From contig NC_069006.1 in the NCBI RefSeq assembly GCF_001194135.2, forward strand, positions 16,784,523 through 16,848,522: 64,000 nt of DNA, written 5' to 3'. Of the stretch, positions 49,601 through 61,516 are shown one piece after another. The notes beneath the pieces were generated by a model that saw only the letters and a list, made by a program, of their open reading frames with translations, had not been told where the DNA came from and made no database searches. The stretch's first letter is position 1. Each line of letters starts with the position of its first letter. Position numbers and translations under genes: made by a program. Source of the DNA: Octopus bimaculoides (taxonomy: Eukaryota).

Positions 49601-52600
49601 AGGTAGTTTATCCCATGCCCCTCTGACTTTTAGTTCGTGCAATTGAAAAAAACCCACATTATTTATGGGATGACCCAATATATAAATATTCGTCCAACCC
49701 ATGCTAGCATGGAAAGCGGACGTTAAACGATGATGATGNNNNNNNNNNNNNNNNNNNNNNNNNNNNNNNNNNNNNNNNNNNNNNNNNNNNNNNNNNNNNN
49801 NNNNNNNNNNNNNNNNNNNNNNNNNNNNNNNNNNNNNNNNNNNNNNNNNNNNNNNNNNNNNNNNNNNNNNNNNNNNNNNNNNNNNNNNNNNNNNNNNNNN
49901 NNNNNNNNNNNNNNNNNNNNNNNNNNNNNNNNNNNNNNNNNNNNNNNNNNNNNNNNNNNNNNNNNNNNNNNNNNNNNNNNNNNNNNNNNNNNNNNNNNNN
50001 NNNNNNNNNNNNNNNNNNNNNNNNNNNNNNNNNNNNNNNNNNNNNNNNNNNNNNNNNNNNNNNNNNNNNNNNNNNNNNNNNNNNNNNNNNNNNNNNNNNN
50101 NNNNNNNNNNNNNNNNNNNNNNNNNNNNNNNNNNNNNNNNNNNNNNNNNNNNNNNNNNNNNNNNNNNNNNNNNNNNNNNNNNNNNNNNNNNNNNNNNNNN
50201 NNNNNNNNNNNNNNNNNNNNNNNNNNNNNNNNNNNNNNNNNNNNNNNNNNNNNNNNNNNNNNNNNNNNNNNNNNNNNNNNNNNNNNNNNNNNNNNNNNNN
50301 NNNNNNNNNNNNNNNNNNNNNNNNNNNNNNNNNNNNNNNNNNNNNNNNNNNNNNNNNNNNNNNNNNNNNNNNNNNNNNNNNNNNNNNNNNNNNNNNNNNN
50401 NNNNNNNNNNNNNNNNNNNNNNNNNNNNNNNNNNNNNNNNNNNNNNNNNNNNNNNNNNNNNNNNNNNNNNNNNNNNNNNNNNNNNNNNNNNNNNNNNNNN
50501 NNNNNATATATGACAGGCTTCTTTCAGTTTCCACCTACCAAATTCATTCACAAGGACTTGGTCAATCAAAGCTATAGAAGACACTTACCCAAGGTGCCAT
50601 GCAGTGGGATTGAACCTGGAACCATATGGTTCGGAAGCAAGCTTCTTACCACACAACCACAACTGTGCCTAGTCATTGGCTCTCCCAACACAAACTTTTA
50701 TCCCACAAACTGCAATCTGATTAAGTGTTAGCCCATAAATTATTACTGAGTAAACTGCTATCAATATAACTGTTAATCCATAATTTGCTATTGTCCATAA
50801 CTGCAATCCTATAAACTGCTAGCCTACAAATTATGCACAAACTGCTCACACAGATTGTTATCCCCCTAATTACTATTCAAAATACTAGCTCATAAACTGT
50901 TATCCCACAAACTTGTTATTGCACAAACCACCATCAGATAAGTGATTAGCCCAAAAATTGTTGTTACCCAATAGTTTATAAATTTTAGTATAAATGGGCA
51001 AAGAATTCATACACTTACCTTCTGATGCCTCAATGGAATTTTATCATACATGTCATCAATCATATAAACTGTAACAACAGAGAAACAGTCAGTTATATTA
51101 ATTAGTGTGACTAATTAGTAATTAGAGAACTCTCTTATCTATATAGGGAAGATAAAGTAGCTAGGTATATAGAGTGTATGAGGTTACATGCTAACAGTTA
51201 GCTAATGATCTTTAAATGTAAAGTATAGCTGTCTAGATGTAAGATTTTCTGTTTTACCATCTATATCTAGAGCTGAAATAATTTTCTGGCCTTGAATACT
51301 GATTTCAGTTCAGGTCTTGAGATTTGATTCCATATTTAGTATTTATACTTATTGGTAATGAAGGCCAATACAAATCAGAGGCAGTTTTGTGGTCTGTTCC
51401 AAGAAGTCCTTTGCTTTTTTGAGACTAAATGTATAGTGGGACTGAACACCATCTTTGTCTCCTTTCCAGCGGCTATCACCCACCATCATATAATGTGGGG
51501 TAGTCATGAATCTCCTCTACATCAAGACACCAGTGTTTGTCTCTTTTCATACTTTAGCCTCCAGCACCTAAGATAAAGCTCCTCCCTTTCTGTCAAATAC
51601 ATTCCCTCTTTACTTTGATGAGTGCATGTGTGTACAAGTCATTTCATATTTTCCCTCAGTTAAGTTAGATACTCATTCTCCAGGAGACACCAGCACAACT
51701 TATCTCATTCACCAGTTATCTCTATTGTCCTATACACTATACTCTCCACTCTGTGATAGCTTTTAACTGTTATCGTTCACACAGAGTATTACCATAATCA
51801 CATCCAAGCCCTTGGTGTCATGTCCTATGGGGTATAACAGTATCAGAGTGTAGATCACAACTAAGCTGACACAGACACACATCTCTTCTATGGCGGCGAG
51901 CTGGCAGAACCGTTAGCACACCGGGCGAAATGCTTAGCGGTATTTCGTCTGCCCGCTACGTTCTGAGTTCAAATTCCGCCGAGGTCGACTTTGCCTTTCA
52001 TCCTTTCGGGCTCGATTAAATAAGTACCAGTTACGCACTGGGGTCGATATAATCGATTTAATCCGTTTGTCTGTCCTTGTTTGTCCCCTCTGTGTGTAGC
52101 CCCTTGTGGGTAGTAAAGAAATAACACACATCTCTTCTATGCTTTTACTTCTTTCAGAAATTGCACTGAGTTGTAATTAAAACCTGAAGGCTTTTTAGTC
52201 AATCGAATTAACCTGAGTATTTAGGGGTTTTTTTTTTTAAATAAGTAAAGTCTTGTACTTATTCTATTAGTCTCCTATTGCTAAACTGCTAAGTTATAGA
52301 CACAAATGGAAGACCCTTCATCAAATGTTTTATCATCACCACTGACTGGCCTTGTAGGGTTTTCGAGCGAGATCGTTGCCAGTGCCCCTGGACTGGCTCT
52401 TGTGCGGGTGGCACATAAAAGACACCATTTCGAGAGTGGCCGTTTTCGTGCGGGTGACACGTAAAAGCACCCACTACACTCTCTGAGTGGTTGGCTTTAG
52501 GAAGGGCATCCAGCTGTAGAAACTCTGCCAAATTAGACTGGAGCCTGGTGTTGCCATCCGGTTTCACCAGTCCTCAGTCAAATCGTCCAACCCATGCTAG

Positions 52601-53545
52601 CATGGAAGGCGGACGTTAAACGACGATGATGATGATGATGATGACCACCATGACTATAATCATCAGCACCACCACCATCACCATTATTTATGTGTTGTTG
52701 TAGCTAAAGGTAAGTTAATTAAATCAGATTTACCTGTATCATTGAAATGAACTCCTCGTGATTTGTTCTTCGGCGTATGTCTTGTCAGTGACAAAGTTCT
52801 TCGCCTGTCTTTCTCACCTAACCAGTCAGTCTCTTGGTATTCATCAGAGTCTGAAAACACCTGAAAAATGACAGGGGAGTGCAGAATCACATTTCTGATT
52901 TATACAGATCAATTTTTACATACATACATACATAAATAAATACATACTGTTGTAGGGAATTAGTAATAATGGTACAACCCTCCAACATGACGAGTGGAAT
53001 GAACCAGTCACTATAAGTAAGGTGTCGTCAGCCAGTATTGAGAGAGTATGTGTAGACTGTATTGATAGTCATGTCTGTGCTGATATAGTTATTATACCGT
53101 GATACTGAGGGGATGTTATAACGATCCAACCTTTTGAGGATAATAACACTGTATAATTTGGGGTCATACAGTGCCAGATAGAAACATCCTATTGACGATT
53201 TCAGGACAATATCTGTCATACCAACAACCATCACACAAAAACAGATACAACAGTGGCAAAAGACCACTTTATAATAGGGGCGATGAGGATAAACTAATTC
53301 ACATGGAGTTAATAAACTCACAAAGTTGGTGTACGAATTTTAGGAAAAACGTAAAAGTATGGAAAATTTGTTGGCTGGTTTGCTTGAGTTGCAAAAACAG
53401 TAAGAACAACAGCTGAAGGAACAACAACAACAAATTCAACTGCAAGAACAGTGCATCTTTGTCCTGACATACGGACTTTTGATGACTTTTTGTTCTACTT
53501 ATTTTACTTGTTTCAGTGTTTAACAATTCTACCAACTTGCCGATT

Positions 53546-53587
<42 letters not shown>

Positions 53588-56500
53588 GTGATACCTGACT
53601 GTTCAAAGTATGACCACCTTTCATCGACATCCCTGGAAATTGACCTAAAAGTAGAATATAAAGCATGCACAGTTGATGGAAAACAACTACAGTAACAACA
53701 GCAACAACAATAAAAATCCTTTCTATTAAAGGCACAAAGCCTGAAATTTGCAGGGAGGGGATTAGTCAATTGCCACATAAAAAGTACTGGTGATGGTTCC
53801 ACATAAACAGCACCCAGTACATTCTGTAAAGTGGTTGGCATTAGAATGGGCATCTCGCCATAAAAACCAAGCCAAGACAGACTATGGAACCTGGTGCAGC
53901 ACCTTGACCATACCAGTTCCTGTCAAGCTGTCCAACTTTTAATGTCCAAGAAAATGGACATTAAATGTTGATGAAGGAAGGCCATATTAGGTAATGTGGT
54001 CCCAGAGACACTAAGTCTGAATAAAAGGACTGACATGGGTCTAAATAACAAGTTTTCGGACTATAACAGGTAATGGTATAAAATACACTTACAATTGTTG
54101 CTGCCGTCATATATTTTAGAGATGTCATTAGTGCTACGGCTCTTTATGTGTCGTCTCAGACTCATCTCACTGTTCTGTTTGTGTACTTCATTGCAGCCAC
54201 CTCTTACGAAAGTCTTCTCATTGTGTCTTTCCTTACCATACGAGATACGTTTGTTGGCAAAAGAGTTTGGAGAGTAAACATTGTTATACAATTGGTCTCT
54301 TTTCCTAAACAGAATCTCTTCATCAGGATCGTCTGAATATCCCCAATCTACAGGCAAAGTGTCGTCATGGCTCGGGAAACTGAAGGTATTAAATATTTGA
54401 TCGGTTGCGTCCATGTCCGAATTGTTATGCTGCCATACTATATTAGGGTACTTGTCATTCGGCTGGTTTTTCTTTCTGACATCACCTTGCTGCTTCCCAC
54501 CTCCCAAAATACTATATTGCTCTCTTTTGATGGCTCTCCGCTGCTGCCTGCTGCTCCTAAACACATCCTGTTCATTGCCATTCTCCGATACATCTTTTTT
54601 CCGCTTCTTCTTATCATACACATCATATGGTTTCTCACTTGGCCACAACAACCCCTGCTGCCTTTGGACACTCCAACCATGTGGTTTCGTTACACATTCC
54701 TTTCTGTCCCGTTTAGACATATACCAAGATACATGCTGGCCTCTTCTCACTCTAGCAGTACCCTGGTCTCCATATTGTTCCTCTACCTCTTCCTCATCTT
54801 CCACCTCCTCCTCCTCCTCCTCTTCCTCATCATCATCATCATCCTCTTCTTCCTTGTTTCCACTCACAAATAAGCCACTCTTCTTTCTGCTAGCATTCTG
54901 TTGTCTCTTTGTTCCATCAATATTCATTTTTGCTGTATTTTGTCCAGCATCCTGTTGTCTGGCATTTACACCTGTTACACTTTCTTTTACATTCTCATCA
55001 GTTTCCTACAAGTATGTTAATAGAATATTAGATTAAGAGAATACTATGTTAATAGAATACTAAAATCATGGCAATCTATAAACAAAGCAACAAACTGTCA
55101 AATCAACCACACATGATGTTTACACTTAATAGTTACACAGATATTAATGACAAGATATGTTTGCACTGAATGACTACACACATTGTTAACATTGAGTGGC
55201 TACAACACAACGTATTTACACTTGATAACTTCACACTGTGCACACATTGCATACTGTGTGTGTTGATGAGAGTTGGCAACAGGAAGGGCATCCAGCCATA
55301 GAAAATCCTACTTCAACGTATTCCATCTGACCCTTGCAAGCATGATAAAAGGGAAACTAAATGAGATGATAATGGTAGTATTTGCACTACTAACTACACA
55401 CTGTTTTCATATTTAATAAATACACACTAATATCTATACATCATGTTCACACATAAATACCAAACTATGTGTTCACAATTAATAACTACAGATTCCATCT
55501 ATTCATCCTTTTGTGATTGTATAATTAAAATCTATGCACCATGTCTATCAATCCAGGCAACATCTACGCGTGTTTTGTCTATCTATCCAGTCAACATCTA
55601 CACACTGTCTGTTTGTCTATCTACCTAGTCAACATCTGTATACTGTGTCTATCTATCCAGTCAGCATCTACACACAACATTTATCTATATATGTATCAAG
55701 TCAGCATCTATAAATTGTATCTATCTAATAAAAACCTACAAAGTATGTCTATCAATTTCTGTATACACTCATCATCTACACTATTGTGTTTATCTACATA
55801 ATAAGTCAACATCTACACATTGTCTTTCTGTCCATTTGTCCAGTCAACATTTACACACTGTCTGTCTAGTTAAAAGCACATTAGACACTGTCTGTCTAGT
55901 TAACCAATGTAGAGAGCAGATTTAATCAGTATGCAGATATTTTGAAAATATCTCACAGAGTGACGACTGTGCCCTGCATAGTTACAGGCTGCCTTTTGCC
56001 AAGGGATAGCACCAATTCAGCTACCTTGCCAGGGATGCAGCAAAATCATGGGACTGCAGCATGGCGGATTGTGAAGGGGTAGCGAAAGAGCTCAACTGAG
56101 CCAACGGTATTTCATACATTGATGCCGAGCAAAGGAACCCTAGAAGATCAATAGTCAGGATCCCTAAGCTCTATCAAGAGAGTAATTGCAACGCATCCAT
56201 AGGGATGCCGTCTATGGTTGTGTAATCAGCTAATGAAAGATTCCACTATGACTCAAACTCCCAATTCAAATTCATAATAATGGAATTAGATGGCAACAGA
56301 GAGTCATGGGAATCTGCAAAAGCAGTGTGACCAAAGAAGAAGTCTAATTAAAAGCACATTAGTGAAATGTTTCTGAAAATCTCTAACATACCCAGGGAGA
56401 AGATTCCTCACATTAAGTTGTTACCTGTCTGTTTTCATCTGTTGTTTCATGGACACCGATTCCATCAACAGTCTTCTCCTTGTTCTCATTGAAAGAATGC

Positions 56501-57437
56501 TTTATTTCTGACATTATAGAATCAACCTACAACATGTAAACCAACAGGGAGTTGTCTAAGTCGACAACGCTTCACCACAATAACACAGAAATAATCTCCT
56601 CCTCCTCCCTGATCCACCCCTATTTCCTTACTTCTCCCTCAAACTGATAATCACTGCCTCCACCTCAATCCCCATCTCTAATCATCTGTTACACACTTAC
56701 CATGCTCTAGCACACCTACCTACTCACTCAGCCTTTCTTTTCCTCTATCCCTATTCTCTCTCTCACAGACTGCTGCTTGAAGCTGTCATTTGACTTGGTT
56801 TCTATGACTGGATGCCTTTTCCATCATCAGCCACTTTCCAGAGTTTACTGGTGAGATTTCCTAGTGGCACCATCACTAGGGATGTTGATACAGTGTCTGT
56901 TGTTTGTGTTACATCCTCAGCGAGACAAGAATAAAGGGGGAATCTCTAATCCCTACTTTGCCTCTACTTTCACATCAATGTGTGGTGGGATGGAGTGAGG
57001 GCTCCCCGCCATGGTACCAGGAGACGGCCTGTATACTGTAGGGGTCAAGAGTAGACTGTAACTTGAGATTTGTAGTTTCACTCAGGTGACCAAGGAAAGA
57101 AATAGGAGAAAGAGAGAGATTGCTGAAAGCAGAATGGCTTCAAGCCAATGTCTGAAACATAAGGTTATACCTGTACTAATTCTTGGAAAGTGGGAGATTG
57201 GCAGAGGGTACAGGAAATAAGGTGAAAGTGTCAGCTATTAACAATATCATCAGGGTTATGGAAGGACATGGTAATTTTGGAGGTTAGAAATATTCATGAC
57301 TTTGGATTATGACATCTTACCAATGCATCAGTGTCAATGTTGGGTTTTGTGGCACCATCTTCCAGTAATTTGGCAGCTTGGCTGACGAGATCTGAATACA
57401 GAATATAGGAGATATTTAAAATTAATTATGGTTGCAT

Positions 57438-57485
<48 letters not shown>

Positions 57486-60286
57486 TCTCTTTTACATTTT
57501 TACTTGTTTCAGCCATTTGACTGTGGCCATGCTGGAGCACCGCCTTTTAGTCGAGCAAATCGACCCCAGGACTTATTCTTTGTAAGCCTAGTACTTATTC
57601 TATCGGTCTCTTTTGCCGAACCGCTAAGTTACGGGGACGTAAACACACCAGCATCGGTTGTCAAGCGATGTTGGGGGGACCAAACACAGACACACAAACA
57701 TACACACATACATATATATATATATATACATATATACGACGGGCTTCTTTCAGTTTCCGTCTACCAAATCCACTCACAAGGCTTTGGTCAGCCCGAGGCT
57801 ATAGTAGAAGACACTTGCCCAAGGTGCCACGCAGTGGGACTGAACCCAGAACCATGTGGTTGGTAAGCAAGCTACTTACCACACAGCCACTCCTACGCAT
57901 CATTCTATGTATTATTTTTATAGCCTCAACCCATTAACTGAAACCAATATAAAACATTACAATGAAAGAATATATTAATAGCAGACCTTCCAGTTTGATA
58001 GTTTGTTGGTGTAATACTGGTGAAGGTAGATTATTATTTGTGCTGTGAATGGCCATTTCTTCTTGATGGTGGGTCTGTTGGAGACCATCATCTGATGCAG
58101 GAAGCTGAGACAGAAAAATATGAAAAATATTTAGCGGACGATTGGTATTTAGTATTAAATAGTGATGGTGATAATGATAATGATGGTGGTGGTGGTGGTG
58201 GTTGCAATGATGATGGCAACTACAATGACCACAATGATGGCGGTGGAAGTGATGATGATGGTGGTAGTGATGATGATGATTATGATAATGATGGTGGTGG
58301 TAGTGATTATGATGATGATGATGATGGTGGTGGTGGTAGTGCTGCTGATGATGATGATGGTGGTGGTGGTGGTGGTTGATGGTGGCATTAATGCTGATGA
58401 TGATAATTGTAATGATGGTGGTTGTGGTGATGATGATGAATCTGTCAGTCATTAAAACAAAAGAATGGAAGCTGACAATTACTTACCAATGTAGTGTCTG
58501 TAGTAGGCTCCTCTTGGTAAGTTTCAACTTGACTTTTAAATAGGACAGGGGTCTGGTAAGATTCTGTTGTAGAGAAGTCAAAAGCTGAGTATGGCATCAT
58601 ATTATATCTAGGAAATGGACGTACATCAACTGATGTACTATATCTCTAACAGTGAAAAACATCAAAGGAGTGTATGTTACTCAATGCAGAACAAATATCA
58701 CATGGAACCCTTCCAGTTATGGTGTCTAGGTGATGAGATGTTGAATGTACAGCGGTTCGGCAAAAGTGACCGATAGAATAAGTACTAGGCTTACAAAGAA
58801 TAAGTCCTGGGGTCGATTTGCTCGACTAAAGGCGGTGCTCCAGCATGGCCGCAGTCAAATGGCTGAAACAAGTAAAAGAGTAAAAAGTAATACTTGATGC
58901 AAAACTAAGCTTTGAACTCATGAATTGACATTTCCTATATTTTGTTACTATTTTGAATAAGGTCAGACTTTCATTTTAATTTGGTGATTATGACCATGAT
59001 ATGACTTTATTAGTATTCCGTAATAATTGTGTAACTAAACCCAGTTGCTACGTTCCATGAAGGAAGGAAGGTTTTGGGTAAAATGTTTGCTAAGAGTGGG
59101 TGTATGAATGGAAGGTATGTCAGTTCCTGTGTGTGTGTTCAAATGTATATCTTTTACTGGAAGGCTTGAGAGTTCACTCCAATACTTTTTTCACCATTTG
59201 TTACATTTCTTATTACAAATCTGTTATATATATATATCCTAAATGGATCACCTAAATATACCTATATGTTCAGACAACTGAAGAGGCCTTAATGATTATC
59301 CAAAAAGAAAGGATGCTTTTCATTTTTTGAGAGCCCAAAGTGCCATGCATTGACACTGGAACCATGTGGTTGGGGAAGCAGACTTCTCACCCATACATCC
59401 ACACTTGTGCCTATATTATACCAGCCAATTAAATTTATGGGTGTTTGACTGACCTTTATCTGGATCTGGCTGAATTGTTAACTGAACACGTGGTGGGGGA
59501 AGTGGTCGACGTTTTACTTCTTTCCAGGGTTCCGTTTGCAGCACTTTGTAATCCTGTTAAAAAACCAGCAGACCAGAATTCTTATATTGGTGGTGAGAAT
59601 GACAAAGATGATAATGATGACGATTGAGGAGGGGTGTCGAAGAAAAATGGAGAGAAAGAGGAGGGTAGGAGGTAGAGCAATTGTAAGGGGAAGAGTGAAG
59701 AGAGAGGCAAACTGTGGTTGATGCTTAATTAAAGAAATGCTACATACATTATAGTTAGCATCTTCGGAGGAACTCATGCAGGAAACTGTGAAAGGAAGAA
59801 AACAGTTAAGGTATCAAGAGTTAAACACAAACAAGAGTTGTTATTGTTATTGTTCAGGTCATTGCTTGGAATCGAACCACTATGCCATATGCCCGTGGGC
59901 ATATGGCATAGTGGTTAAGAGCGCAGGCTACTAACCCCAAGATTCCAAGTTTAATTCCAAGCAGTGATCTGAACAATTAACAATTATAATAATAACATCG
60001 AAAAAAGAAGAGTTATTGTAGTCTGTAATAATACTTTATATATATATATATATAAAATTATTTAAAATTATAATATAGGGTATCTAAGAGATACCACCAC
60101 GCTGAAAATAACAGTCAAATCTTGACTCTAAACCACAATAAATGTTCATATAGCACAAAGAGCGAAGACGAAGATAAAATAAACTAGATACCCTATATTA
60201 TAATTTTAAATAATTGTTACCTTTGATGGTTTTTATTCCCATGCTGGCCACTTGATAAGATCAATATTTTTAAATATCGATCTTAT

Positions 60287-60325
<39 letters not shown>

Positions 60326-61460
60326 TTTATGTATATATTAATATTATCTCAGTTTTAAAAAAAACCTTTGACAATGTAAATATGCTAATAGTTACCATAG
60401 GTAGCAAAAATTACACAAAAAAACCCAGGATATCACACCCGTTTTATAGGTAGAGATACCAAGTTGAAGTGATGCATTTTGAGAAGCTATGAATAATAAC
60501 AATAAATGGAGCAAAACGCATGTGTGTGTGTGTGTGTGTGTATGTGTGTACATGGGTATTGGTCTGTGTGAAGCTAAGTGAATAAATGTAAGGAATGTGT
60601 TACTTAGAGGCTTTTCTGTTGATGACTGCTCCCACCCATTAAGAATAAAAATCAAGTTAAAATATATAAAATAAGGTTAAAATATATAAATATATTTGCC
60701 TTTGATGTTAATAAATAATCAAAACACCAGCACCTGTTCTGGCAATGTTTCTCTATATATATCACTGGCAGGGAGATGAGTCTCTGCTATCTCTAGTGGT
60801 CAAGCAGCCCATCATTGATGAGACCAGGGAAGGCCGAAATCGTGTGATCTGGTGATCTCAACACTGGAGATGGCAGGGATTTAACAAGAGTGCATTTTGC
60901 ACTGAAAGACAATAGGATAGTTTCTCTCATGGTAACTACCACAGTACAGTTTGTTCTAACAGAACATCCATGTTTAAGCAGGGATAAATACTTAAATGTT
61001 ATATATATTCAGTTCTTTATTTATACTAGTCATATCTAACTTTATGATACATACCAATACACACACACACAAGCACATGCACACAAACACACCATCCTCA
61101 TAATCATATAATGTCCATCTTTCATACTGGTATGGGTTGGATGGTTTGATAGGATCCAGTGAGCCAGAGGACTGTGCTAAGCCCCAGTGTCTGCTTTGGC
61201 ATAGTTTCCTGATTCTGCTCTCCTAATGCCAAATATCTAACAGAGTGCACTGGGTGCCTTTTTATGACACTGGCACTAAAGAAGAAGCCTCTTCAACTGG
61301 CTGATGGTTAAAAATGGTGGCAGAAGTGAATGTTGAGATTGATAAGCAAGGGTGGAGATGTAGCTGACGATAAATATCAGTATGTGGAGGTGATGGAGGT
61401 GAAAACATAGGAGTCATTCAAGAAGGAAGAGGTGGTAAGTGGCAGGAATATATCTATGTA

Positions 61461-61516
<56 letters not shown>

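Noticed and set aside
54095-55036. Plus-strand ORFs overlapping the 913-nt exon
   Set aside because: They are antisense shadows of a purine-rich coding exon
57934-58455. Poly-His/Asp/Met ORFs (also 25979-26592, 41104-41526 and 43295-43558)
   Set aside because: They are translations of trinucleotide microsatellites and lack coherent splice context
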